From NCBI GenBank assembly GCA_963575745.1, contig CAUYUJ010000037.1, positions 248,001 through 312,000 on the forward strand: a stretch of DNA of 64,000 nt, read 5' to 3'. The notes under the pieces were generated by a model. That model saw only the letters and a list, made by a program, of their open reading frames with translations, did not search any database and was not told the origin of the DNA. Positions 23,083 through 32,658 of the stretch are shown piece after piece. Source of the stretch: Prorocentrum cordatum. Taxonomy: Eukaryota. Position numbers and translations under genes: made by a program. Numbering within the stretch: the first letter of the stretch is position 1; every line of letters starts with the position of its first letter.

Positions 23083-26000
23083 ATGCTCGGGGCCGGCGCC
23101 GACCGTGGTCGAGTCGACGCTGGAGGCCCAGACTCGGTGGCAGGTGACAGCCGTGTGAGGCGCGTTGCCATGCTGCCGCTCTTTCCAATTCCCCTCTCCC
23201 CGGCACCCGCCGCGCCCAGCGGACGTGGCCGACAGGCTTCTGGCCTGCGAGGCCATTTGCGGAGACTGAATGCTGATGTCAACGCAACTGTGAACGCTTT
23301 GAATTGGATGGCTGGGGACCGGCATCGCCCCGAGTACGGGCCGCCGCGTACCTCAGAGCAGGCTAGTGTGCATGCGCGCGTCAGAGATCGGATTTCTCCC
23401 CTTTTGACCTCAGGCGTCGCGATCCCTAGCCGGCGAGCGGCTTTTCTCGAGCTGCTGCACGGCCGGGCTGTGTACGATGCAGAGCCCGGTGGACACAACC
23501 TTGCCAGTTTCTCCAATGTCTCCTCTGTGAGCCTGCCTGACAGCCTCGTCGGCGCCCCTTCGGTGCCGGAGGTTGTGGGCCCAGAGGCGAGCCAATTCTT
23601 GGAGCAGAACTACGAGCGCATGCTGCGCACCTCGACGGACTTTTTGGAGCGACAGGAGTCGCTGCCCTCTATAACTCCCTATTCGGACCCTGTGCTTTCT
23701 CGCAGCCGCCGCAAGTTTCTGCGGCTGATGCGGGCGCTTCTGCGGATTGGACTGGTCACGCTTTTGCCAGCTGGTTCGGCGCAGGAGCACGTCGGTATGT
23801 TCTTTGTGAAGAAGGCCGGTAAAAGTAAGAGTCGGCTCATCATTGATGCTCGTCGTGCGAATAGGCGTTTTGCTGATCCCCCTGGAGTCCACCTCTGTTC
23901 GTCAGAGAGCCTCGCGATGATCGAGGTTTCTCTTCCGCCTGGTTGCTCTAGTCCTACTCCTGATCAACTTCGTAGCGCCCAGATGTGTCTGGGGCTGGCG
24001 GGTGTTAAGGGCGCTTTCCATCGGTTTCGTCTTCCCTTGGGCCTGGCGAGTTACTTCGGTTTGGGTGCCGCCACAGCAGGGGAACTGAAGGTCGTGGGAA
24101 CCAATGTTGGCGGGGGCGTCCTGGGTGTTGATGACCAGGTCGACATATGTTGGGCTTCTCTTCCTATGGGTTTCTCTTGGTCACTCTACTTCTGCCAGCA
24201 AGCGGGTGAGCATCGTATGGCTAATGTTCCTGGTCTTCGTGATTCTGTCCTCCTTCGCGATCGTGGTCGGCCTGGGGTCTTCAGGTTTGCTGAGAAAGGC
24301 GAGGACGAGAAGGGGGGGCTCGTCTTGGAGGGCTCCGGGATATGTCACTACATCTACGTTGACAATCTGGGCGTTCTCTCTTGTGATCCCTCTCATACCT
24401 CGTCCATCCTGTCCGACGCGGCGGCTCGTTTCGAGAGCGTTGGGCTCGTGACCCACGAGCACGAGGTGAGTGCCACTTCGTCGAAGGCCCTGGGGACCCA
24501 CGCAGACCTCGAGGGCCTTAGAGTTTCTCTTGCGCCCGCTCGACTGTGGAAGGTGCGCCAGGGTGTTCTGCATGCCTTGTCGTGTCGGAAGCTGTCTGGG
24601 CGTGTCTGGGAAGTGCTGCTGGGCCACCTCACCTTCTGCGCGCTGAACAATCGTAGCATGATGAGTGTCTTCAGGAGTATCTATGCCTTCATAAATAAGT
24701 ACTACGCTATCCCTATGCCGCTGTGGGACACCGCTAGGCAGGATATGCTGACCGCTGCCTCCCTCCTGTTCCTGATGGATGCCTCGTGGACGCTGCCCTG
24801 GTCCCCTGGTGTCGTGGCCACGGACGCTTCGGAGGAGGGGTTCGGGGCCACCGTCTCAGAGTGGGACCCTCAGGACGTCTCGGAGGTGGGGAGGATCCTG
24901 GAGAGGGGCCGCTTTCGGAAGCTTCCTGGAGTTTCTGCCCGGTCGAGGTTTTTCGGGAGTCTTGAGGAGCTTGGATCTGAGGCGGACGAGGGGGAGTTCG
25001 ACAGGCCGTATGAGGTGGACTCTAGCTTCCCGGAGGTCCCCCACAAGCTGCTCACGCAAGCCCACTGGAGTACCCTTCTGGCGGGCCCCTGGAAGTACTT
25101 TGACGAGGGCATTTTCACCTTGGAGGCTAGGGCCCTGGTCCTGGGATTTCAGGCGCTGGTGAGCGAGTGCCAAGTCAGGAACGCGAGGGTGCTCTTCTTG
25201 GTTGATAACATGGGGGTGTGTCTAGCCTTCGCTCGGGGGCGCACCACGGACTTCAGGACCCTGATGTGTATGAGACGCATGGGGTCGTGGTGCTTGGCCC
25301 TCGGACTGCGAGTCTGTTTTCGCTGGATACCTTCCGAGTGGAATACTGCGGATGAGCCGTCCCGTCGGTTTTCGGTAGAACATGTTGGCTCACGTGCTGA
25401 CCTCGACTCTGTTGGCTATTCCCGCACTGTTCCTGAACCACTCAGATGTGATGGAGAGGGGCCCCAGGTTGGGGCCTGCCCGCGCCGTGCCGCGGGCGAA
25501 GGCGCAATCAGGCCGCCTGCCCCGCGGGTCGACGACGATCCCCGCGGCGCCCGTGGTCTCGAGGAACCTGGTGACGTTCACGCCGGCGCCCGCGACTGGC
25601 AGGGCGACCCGGACCCGCCGTCTGGCGTCCGGGGGCGCGCTGGTGGCGAAGCTGGAGCAGGCCCCGAAGGAGAAGGAGCAACGGACGCTCGACGAGTTGA
25701 GCGACGGAGAGGTGACAGACAAGGACGACGAGAGCGACGCGACCTCCGACACCGTGAAGGTTCAAGTGCGGCCGGCTCGCCGAGTGCGAGTCCTGGCGGC
25801 CCCGCGGGTCGGACGAGCGCGCCAGCCGGTGGAGGCGAAGCGGCTGCAGGGGCTGGGTCTTCTGCCGCTGGAGTCGAGCGCGGTTCAGTCGAAGACGGAG
25901 ACCGACTACTACGACGCGGTGGACGCCTGGCGGGCTCGAGCCCGCGAGTTGGGCGAGCCTCTCGGCGTGGCTGCCGAGGTGGACGCGTCGGTGGTGCGGC

Positions 26001-27669
26001 AGCTCCAAGAGCTTTTCGACCAAGGCGAGAACCTCAGCAAGGGCGAGAAGCTCGTGGCCGGGCTGGAGCACTTCCTGCCCGAGTTCGGGCGGCATGGAGG
26101 CCTTCATCTTTCCCGGTGCTACCGGGCTCTGAAAGGCTGGAGACGCCGCTGCCCGCCACGATCGCGCCGCCCCCTGGCCTTCAGCATCTGGGCAGCCATC
26201 ATCTGGGAGCTGTGCCGCGCGAACTTCTGGAACATGGGGGTGTACACGCTGTTCATGCTGGTGACCTACATGCGGCCCTCGGAGCCCCTGAAGCTGCTGA
26301 AGGAGGACCTCCTCGCCCCGGCGCATGGGCTCTCTGCCTCGTGGATCTGCTTCGCCTTCCGGCAGGGGCGGGGAGCGGCGTCCAAGACGTACGCGACGGA
26401 CGAGAGCATCGACCTGAGCTGCAGGTGGGTGCCCTACCTGACGACGGTGGTTGCTGCGCTGCGAGCAGGCGACCCCAAGGCCAAGGTCTTCAACTTCAAG
26501 TACAGCAGCTACACGCGCCAGTTCAAGATCGCCTGCAAGAAGCTGGGGCTGACGGCCGTGCCTTATCAGGCAAGGCACTCAGGCGCCTCCATCGACGCCG
26601 CCATGAAGTATCGCACCCGGGCCGAGATCAAGAGCAGGGGACGGTGGAAGGCGGACAAGTCGGTGCTGAGGTACGACAGCAAGGCCAAGATTGTCGAGAG
26701 CGTCGACAAGCTGAGCGCCTCGTTGGCGTCTCACGAGCACAGGTGCGAGCTCCAGCTCGGGGCCCTTTTGTGCGGCCAGATCGACCCCTCGGCCATCGCA
26801 CCGCCCGTCATCCCGAGCTCGGCCCCAAAGAAGCGACGCCGTACCTAGCCGACCTTTTTGGCGGCACAGGCGGTGTGGGCCGAGCAGCAGGCAGATGCGG
26901 TATTCGGGCTCGGCTGTGGGACAAATCTATTTCAGACTCTTTGGATCTGACACTTCTGAAGAACATCCAGCTTTTGTGCTCGGAGGCCAAAAATGGTAAG
27001 TTGGTTGCAGCCATGATCGCTATCGAGTGCCGCTCTTGGGGCATCGCTCGTCACAGAACCAACGTGATCCGTTCGCGTACTGAGCCCTGGGGTGTTACGA
27101 AACCAGCCAAACCCTTCTCGGCCAATGATCTGGAAGGCCTTCGGACCGGAAACCTCCAGGCCCGCAGGATCCTCAAGCTCATTCGGTACATCCACGCCCT
27201 GGGCATCCCGTGGGCCGTCGAGAACCCAGCGACAAGTTTACTTTGGTGGGTCCCAGGCTTCATCCAGTTCGCGAACGATCCCAAGGTGCATGTTAAGATT
27301 ATCGACCAGTGTGCCTTTGGAACCCCGTGGCGAAAGCGTACCCAACTCATGTTCGGCAATTGCGACCCCTTTGATGTCAGCTTGTGCGATAAGTATATGT
27401 GCCACGGTCGGGGGACTTGCTGTTTCACTGGAAAACCTCACGTGGAGCTGGAGGGCAAACGTATGACATCCCAGGCCCAGACTTACCCACCCCGTTTTTC
27501 CCAGCTCCTGGCCAAAATACTGTGCAGTACGGCTGTATGTCAACGTGCTTACCAATACTCAATCAACTCATACGCTCACTACCTTTCGGGACGTTTTGGG
27601 AATCAGCTATTGCATAGTGCCGAGTATATACTCTTTAGCATTCTCATTCTGTCGTGGGCCAGCTCGTGA
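23083..27669 (+). CDS. Element pol: RT - RNase H - low-complexity linker (overlapping YR) - C5 cytosine methyltransferase
   Basis: Frame open from 22915, first ATG at 23083. RT: GMFFVKK, RLIIDARRAN, LPMGFSWS, YVDN (24355-24366). RNase H: ATDASEEG (~24823), LEARAL, LVDN, RWIPSEWNTADEPSR (~25351). DNMT from 26842. Confidence 0.85.
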   Translation: MLGAGADRGRVDAGGPDSVAGDSRVRRVAMLPLFPIPLSPAPAAPSGRGRQASGLRGHLRRLNADVNATVNALNWMAGDRHRPEYGPPRTSEQASVHARVRDRISPLLTSGVAIPSRRAAFLELLHGRAVYDAEPGGHNLASFSNVSSVSLPDSLVGAPSVPEVVGPEASQFLEQNYERMLRTSTDFLERQESLPSITPYSDPVLSRSRRKFLRLMRALLRIGLVTLLPAGSAQEHVGMFFVKKAGKSKSRLIIDARRANRRFADPPGVHLCSSESLAMIEVSLPPGCSSPTPDQLRSAQMCLGLAGVKGAFHRFRLPLGLASYFGLGAATAGELKVVGTNVGGGVLGVDDQVDICWASLPMGFSWSLYFCQQAGEHRMANVPGLRDSVLLRDRGRPGVFRFAEKGEDEKGGLVLEGSGICHYIYVDNLGVLSCDPSHTSSILSDAAARFESVGLVTHEHEVSATSSKALGTHADLEGLRVSLAPARLWKVRQGVLHALSCRKLSGRVWEVLLGHLTFCALNNRSMMSVFRSIYAFINKYYAIPMPLWDTARQDMLTAASLLFLMDASWTLPWSPGVVATDASEEGFGATVSEWDPQDVSEVGRILERGRFRKLPGVSARSRFFGSLEELGSEADEGEFDRPYEVDSSFPEVPHKLLTQAHWSTLLAGPWKYFDEGIFTLEARALVLGFQALVSECQVRNARVLFLVDNMGVCLAFARGRTTDFRTLMCMRRMGSWCLALGLRVCFRWIPSEWNTADEPSRRFSVEHVGSRADLDSVGYSRTVPEPLRCDGEGPQVGACPRRAAGEGAIRPPAPRVDDDPRGARGLEEPGDVHAGARDWQGDPDPPSGVRGRAGGEAGAGPEGEGATDARRVERRRGDRQGRRERRDLRHREGSSAAGSPSASPGGPAGRTSAPAGGGEAAAGAGSSAAGVERGSVEDGDRLLRRGGRLAGSSPRVGRASRRGCRGGRVGGAAAPRAFRPRREPQQGREARGRAGALPARVRAAWRPSSFPVLPGSERLETPLPATIAPPPGLQHLGSHHLGAVPRELLEHGGVHAVHAGDLHAALGAPEAAEGGPPRPGAWALCLVDLLRLPAGAGSGVQDVRDGREHRPELQVGALPDDGGCCAASRRPQGQGLQLQVQQLHAPVQDRLQEAGADGRALSGKALRRLHRRRHEVSHPGRDQEQGTVEGGQVGAEVRQQGQDCRERRQAERLVGVSRAQVRAPARGPFVRPDRPLGHRTARHPELGPKEATPYLADLFGGTGGVGRAAGRCGIRARLWDKSISDSLDLTLLKNIQLLCSEAKNGKLVAAMIAIECRSWGIARHRTNVIRSRTEPWGVTKPAKPFSANDLEGLRTGNLQARRILKLIRYIHALGIPWAVENPATSLLWWVPGFIQFANDPKVHVKIIDQCAFGTPWRKRTQLMFGNCDPFDVSLCDKYMCHGRGTCCFTGKPHVELEGKRMTSQAQTYPPRFSQLLAKILCSTAVCQRAYQYSINSYAHYLSGRFGNQLLHSAEYILFSILILSWASS
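25451..26848 (+). CDS. Tyrosine recombinase (YR), nested in the +1 frame of pol
   Basis: TYMRPSE (R at 26273), SKT, YQARHSGAS (R at 26573), RGRW (W at 26645), VLRY (Y at 26672) give the R-K-xxxR-W-Y catalytic pattern. Confidence 0.9.
   Translation: MERGPRLGPARAVPRAKAQSGRLPRGSTTIPAAPVVSRNLVTFTPAPATGRATRTRRLASGGALVAKLEQAPKEKEQRTLDELSDGEVTDKDDESDATSDTVKVQVRPARRVRVLAAPRVGRARQPVEAKRLQGLGLLPLESSAVQSKTETDYYDAVDAWRARARELGEPLGVAAEVDASVVRQLQELFDQGENLSKGEKLVAGLEHFLPEFGRHGGLHLSRCYRALKGWRRRCPPRSRRPLAFSIWAAIIWELCRANFWNMGVYTLFMLVTYMRPSEPLKLLKEDLLAPAHGLSASWICFAFRQGRGAASKTYATDESIDLSCRWVPYLTTVVAALRAGDPKAKVFNFKYSSYTRQFKIACKKLGLTAVPYQARHSGASIDAAMKYRTRAEIKSRGRWKADKSVLRYDSKAKIVESVDKLSASLASHEHRCELQLGALLCGQIDPSAIAPPVIPSSAPKKRRRT
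26842..27669 (+). other. C5-cytosine DNA methyltransferase domain at the pol C-terminus
   Basis: Motif I DLFGGTGG (26851), motif IV-like IECRSW (Cys at 27028), motif VI ENP (27220), motif VIII DQCAFGTPWRKRT (27304-27342), motif X-like YPPRF (27484). Confidence 0.85.
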
Positions 27670-27828
27670 TGACGGTGGCAGAGTTGATTAGACACATTGC
27701 TGAATGAAAACAGAGTGCAGGTCTCTCATGTTAGTGCGGAGTGTGCTTGCAAACGGGCACGGGATTGAGGGACCCAACGGCGTCTTCACCATGCTCCCCT
27801 GTATTCCACTATATATTCGCTCAAGCTT
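27598..27828 (+). repeat. Internal B1-A2 junction (B1 27598-27730, A2 27729-27828, sharing TG)
   Basis: Exact copies of the element's right and left ends joined end-to-start. Confidence 0.95.
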
Positions 27829-27881
27829 CCCTCCCCCCTCTCCCTCTTCTTGCGCGGTGCCGTTCCGACTCCACGTTTCAA

Positions 27882-28014
27882 GGGAATCAGCTATTGCATA
27901 GTGCCGAGTATATACTCTTTAGCATTCTCATTCTGTCGTGGGCCAGCTCGTGATGACGGTGGCAGAGTTGATTAGACACATTGCTGAATGAAAACAGAGT
28001 GCAGGTCTCTCATG
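27882..28014 (+). repeat. Split direct repeat B2 (133 bp)
   Basis: gggaatcagctattgc...ggtctctcatg, identical by eye to 27598-27730. Confidence 0.95.
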
Positions 28015-29389
28015 GAAATGCTAAAACAACGCATCATGTTTTAACATCGTTTTCAGTTTTCTGGTTGAGACGTTAAAACGCTTAAACAATGATTTCAAAG
28101 ACGCCAAGTTGTAAACGCTAAACAAACGCCCTGGGCATATCTGAGATGAACCAAGGGAGGAGGAGGAGGAGGAGGAGGAGGAGGTGGAGGAGGAGGAGGA
28201 GGTGGAGGAGGAGGAGGAGGAGGAGGAGAGAGAGGAGAAGGAGAGCAGGAGGAAGGTAGGGAGGAAGTGGATATGGATGGGGAGGAGGAGGAGGAGGAGG
28301 AGGAGGAGGAGGAGGATACGAATGGGAGGAGGGGGAGGAGGAGGGAGGAGGAGCAGGAGGAGGAGGAGGAGGAGGAGGAGGAGGAGGAGGAAGAGGAGCA
28401 GGAGGTGGAGGAGGATGATCATCCTGTTCCTTTTCTCTTCTCCCCCTAATGTGTCTCATGACCTGCGTATCCCTCTCTCTCTCTCTCCCCCACCCTCCTT
28501 CCTCTCAATTGGCTCTAGAAAGAAGTTGGGCTGGTGCGCTTACGAAACGTACTCTCCGTTTCCCTGGTTGTCTCAGCTCGGCACGACTCAAGTTGACATG
28601 AGGTGTTCATGGCGGCTCATTCGGTGGAGGGGATAGGGAGGCAGGAGTCGGTGCGGGATGTGTTAGTGGATGGCTGAAGGTGGAGACGAAGGAGGGGATG
28701 GAATGGTGGAGCAGGAGCATCCCCTGGACCCCAAATGCTACTACCAGATGTGCCGAGCTTACCGCGGTTGCTGACTCATGTGAGCTGATTGAGCAGATGT
28801 TCCGAGTGCACGCCGCTGGCAGACAGGTACGCGTTCAAAATAGATGAGTGCGATGCTGATCCCAGATTGAGGCTCCGTACGATGTTAGATCGTTTGAGGG
28901 GACCCCTTTCTATCTATCTCGCCTGCGTGTGCTCCCGTGACGCTTCTGAGTCAGAACAGTGGGCCGAGAGGACTCCCTCTCAGGAAGCCTGGAAACGCCG
29001 AAAGGAGGGAGGAATCACATGTCCGAAAGAGCGCGTTTTGTGGTCGTTTGGGGGGGGGGGGGTTTGGAACTGGACCCCCCCCTTACGTTTCCTCTCTCCT
29101 CGGGCCGGCGTCGGCGTCGGCCGCGGATGGCGGCGGCGGCGGGGACGATGACTTCCTTTTCTGGGCCGGCGCTGGCGCCTGCGGCGGGGAGCGTCGACGA
29201 GGACGACGGCGACGACGATGACGACGACGACGACGACGACGACGACGCTCCGCCACCGTGCCTTGCTTTCGGGTCAGAGTCCTAATGAATGCCTCTTGAG
29301 GTCGGGTCGGAAGGCTTTCGGGGGCCTCTTCAGGGCATTTGTGAAGCCTCCTGGGCGCCTCTTGGGCGCCTGTTGTGGCCTCTTTGAGG

Positions 29390-30800
29390 CGGTGGTTGTG
29401 GTGGTGGGCTGTGGTGGTGGTGGTGGTTGTTGTGGCGGTGGTTGTGGTGGTGGTGGTGGTGGTGTGGTGGTTGGTGGTGGTGGTGTTTGTTGTGGTGGTT
29501 GTGGTGGCAGGTTGTGGTCGTTGTGGTAGAGGTGGCGGTGGTGGTGGTGGTGCGGTGGTTTCTGGTGGTGCTGGTGGTGGTAGTTGTGGCGGTGGTGGGT
29601 TAAGGTGGTGGTGTTGGTAGCGGTGGTGATGTGGTGGTTTGTCGTGGTGGTTGTGGTGGTGATGGTGGTTATGGTGGTGGTGGGTTGTGGTGTTGGTGGT
29701 GGTGGCAGTGGTGGTGTGCGTGGTGGTGGTGGTGGTGGTGGTGGTGGTGTGTGGTGGTGGTGGTGGTGGTGGTGGTGGTGGTGGTGGTGGTGGTGGTGGT
29801 GGTGGTGGTGGTGGTGGTGGTGGTGGTGGTGGTGGTGGTGGGTTGTGGTGGCGGTGGTGGTGGTTGTGGAGGTGGTGGCGGTGTGGTGGTGGTTGTGGTG
29901 GTGGTGGTTGTGGTAGTGGGTGGAAGTGGTGGTGGTGGTGGTGGTGGTGGTGGTGTGGTGGTGGTGGTTTGTGCTGGTGTTGGCGGTGTTGGTCGTGGTG
30001 GTGGTGGTTGTGGTGTGGTGGTTTGTGGTGGCGGTGGTGGTGGCGATAGTGATGGTGGTGGTGGCGGTGGTTTGTGAAGGTGGTGCTGGTGGTGGTGGCG
30101 GTGGTGGTGGTGGTGTGGAAGTTTGTGGTGGTGGTGGTGGGTTGTGCTGCTGGTAGTGGTGATGGTGGTTGTGGCGGTGGTGTTGTTTGTTTGGTAGATT
30201 GTGGTGGTGTTGGTGGTAGAGGTGGTTGGTTATTTTTGTTGTTGTGGTGGTGGTGGTGGTGAGTTGTTGTGGTGGTGGTGGCTGTGGTGGTGGTGGTTGT
30301 GTGGTGGTTTGGTGGTGGTGGTGGTGATGGGTTGAGGTGGTTTGGTGGTGGTGGTTGTGGTGGCGGCGGTGGTGGTGGTGGTTGTGGTGGTGGTGGTGGT
30401 GGTGGTGTTGGGTTGTGGTACTTGTGGTGATGGTGCTGCTGGTAGTAGTGCTGGTGGTGTTTGGTGGTGGTGGTGGTGGTGGCGGTGGTGGTTGTGGTGG
30501 TGGGGGTTGTGGCGGTGGTAGTGGTGTTGGTAGTTGTGGTGGTTGTGGTGGCGGTGGTGGTGGTGGTAATGGTGTTGTGGTTTGTGGTGGTGGTGGTGGT
30601 GGTTGTGGTGGGTTGCGGTGGTTGTGGTGGTGCTGGTGGTAATGTCGTTTTTGGTGGTGGTGGTGGTGGTGTAGTGGTTTGTGATGATGGTGGTGGTGGT
30701 GGTTGTGGTGGTTGTGGTGGTTGTGGTGGTGGTGGTGGCGGTGGTGGTGGCGGTGGTGGTGTGGTGGTCTGTGTTCGTGGTGGTGGTGGTGGTGGTGTGG
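29390..30800. repeat. Degenerate (GGT)n microsatellite
   Basis: Direct reading. Confidence 0.97.
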
Positions 30801-32574
30801 CTCTCTGCTCTTCCCGCCACCGTGTTTTGGCTTTGGGTCAGAGTTCTAATGGATGCCTCTTGAGGACTCGTCAGAAGGGTCTCGGGGGCTCTTGAGGAGC
30901 ATGTGTGAAGCCTCGTGGACCTTTTTAAGGGCCTCTCGGTGGCTTTTGGGGGGCGAGGGATCGATATGGCGATTTCTGTGTTCCCTCTGCGGCCTCCTGG
31001 GCCCTCTCTGGTCATCGTTGCTGCGTCCGCGCCGTCGGCGCTGCTGGCCGCCGCAACTGACGGCGCCGGCGCCGGCGCGGGATGGGAGTTGGAACCCCCC
31101 TCCCCTTCCCCATAGGCCCTCTCTGGTCATCGTCGCTGCGTCCCCGCCGTCGTCGCTGCTGGCGGCAGCCAACGCCGGCGCGGGCACTGGCGCCAGGGGG
31201 GGGGGGGCGGGGAGGGTGTTTGGAACCCCGCCCCCCCCCCTCTGGGGGGGGGCGGGGGTCGGGTGTTGGGGGGGGGCACCCCCTGGTTCGAAACGCGCCG
31301 CCGACTGCTCCCAAGGAAGCGCCCGTGAAACGCGCTCTCTCGCATGTCCACATCCTGCATCTTTCATCTTCCTGCCCTCCCCCGCTCCCTCCCTGCTTCC
31401 TTCTCCCTGGGGTCGCGCTGTCTGCCCCGCGGTGGCATCAATGGCGGCTGCAGGCTGTCCTTTTTCCCAGGCCCTGCTGCTCCCGTCGTTAAGCACATAG
31501 AGAGGGAGGGAGGGGGGAGGCAGGGAGGGGGAAGGGGAGAGGAAGGGGGGGCGGGAAAACCGGGGGGCAGGCCATCGAGGGAACACTTTTTGTTCCCAGG
31601 TGGTGGTGACGGCTCCGCCTGGGTCCGCCGACAGGGCACGGCCTCGGGCTCAGCCTCACGAGCCTAGGCTTCAGCACGGCGTACCACCACGCTGTTCCCT
31701 GGTTCTTCTGCTTTCGGACGGGCTTCGAAGCCACATCCCAGGAGCATTGAGTCGATACCCAGGCGGACAGGAGGGGTCGACTTCGAAAACGGGGGGGGCG
31801 CCTTGCACGCGAACCTGCGTCACTGTCCAGTGCCACGCCACAGTGGGCAGACCAGCGCTTTCGGGCTGCGGATGGGGACACGGGGCCCGGTCAGGGTGAC
31901 ATGCGGGCCAGAAGGATGCAGGAGGCCTCTTAGACGCTTGCAAGCCGTGTAGGCCGCCACCCCTTGGATGTGGCGGGGCCCCGGGCAAGGTCTGCGAAGG
32001 CCCTTCTGGCAGGGGTGCGCAGCCCACCCGTAGCAAGTCACGTCGTGCAGAAGAGGATCCGGTCCCCTCCAGGGACCCCCGACTATAGGATAGCATGGTC
32101 ACTGCTGACTTTCCAAGGCCTCCTTGGGCCACTCCCAACATGCTTGTCCTCCCTCGCCTCGGCCCCCTGGTCATCCTCAGCTCCCCTGACCTTTCCCGCG
32201 GCCCCCGTAGCAGCGGTAGCAGGGGGCGAGTCAGCAGCAGGAGGCTGAGGGCGGGCCGGGGGCTTCGGTCAGGGCCCTCGGGTGGCCTCGTGCACAGGGG
32301 CGGGCCCACAAGAACTCGGATCCACAAAAGGAGCCTGGCAAACCAACTTGGTGGAATCAGCATTGGAGTGGCCGCTGGTGCCATCGGTGACGAGCTTCGC
32401 CGCAATCCGAGCCGCAAACTTGCACGCTGGCGTCGCGACCAGCAGGCACTCCTCGCGAAGAGGAGGCGGGGGGGAAGCAGGAGGAACGGGGAGGGAGGGA
32501 GCATGTCATCATCCAAGGCCACGTGGAGACAATGTCCCCCCCAAGAACGCCCTCGAAGTCGGACCCGTGGGTGA

Positions 32575-32588
32575 CAATGTGGCTCAAG
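32575..32588 (+). other. Relict spliced leader upstream of Sec61-gamma
   Basis: caatgtggctcaag versus the SL 3' end cattttggctcaag (12/14), 70 nt before the ATG. Confidence 0.6.
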
Positions 32589-32658
32589 TCGCGACTGGCT
32601 TCGCCAGAGGATTTTGAGCAGCGGGTGCGACTAGCGAAAGAGGCCTGCCAAGAGAGCC

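Larger units (their letters stand above)
21021..28014 (+). mobile_element. Tyrosine-recombinase retrotransposon (DIRS order, split-direct-repeat/Ngaro-like) carrying a C5 DNA methyltransferase
   Basis: A1 21021-21120 = A2 27729-27828; B1 27598-27730 = B2 27882-28014. Internal ORFs carry RT (YVDN), RNase H, YR and DNMT motifs. Confidence 0.95.

Noticed and set aside
21759..23516. 585-aa antisense ORF, and others at 25508-26578 and 34917-36365
   Set aside because: Shadow ORFs of GC3-rich sense genes, with no motifs.
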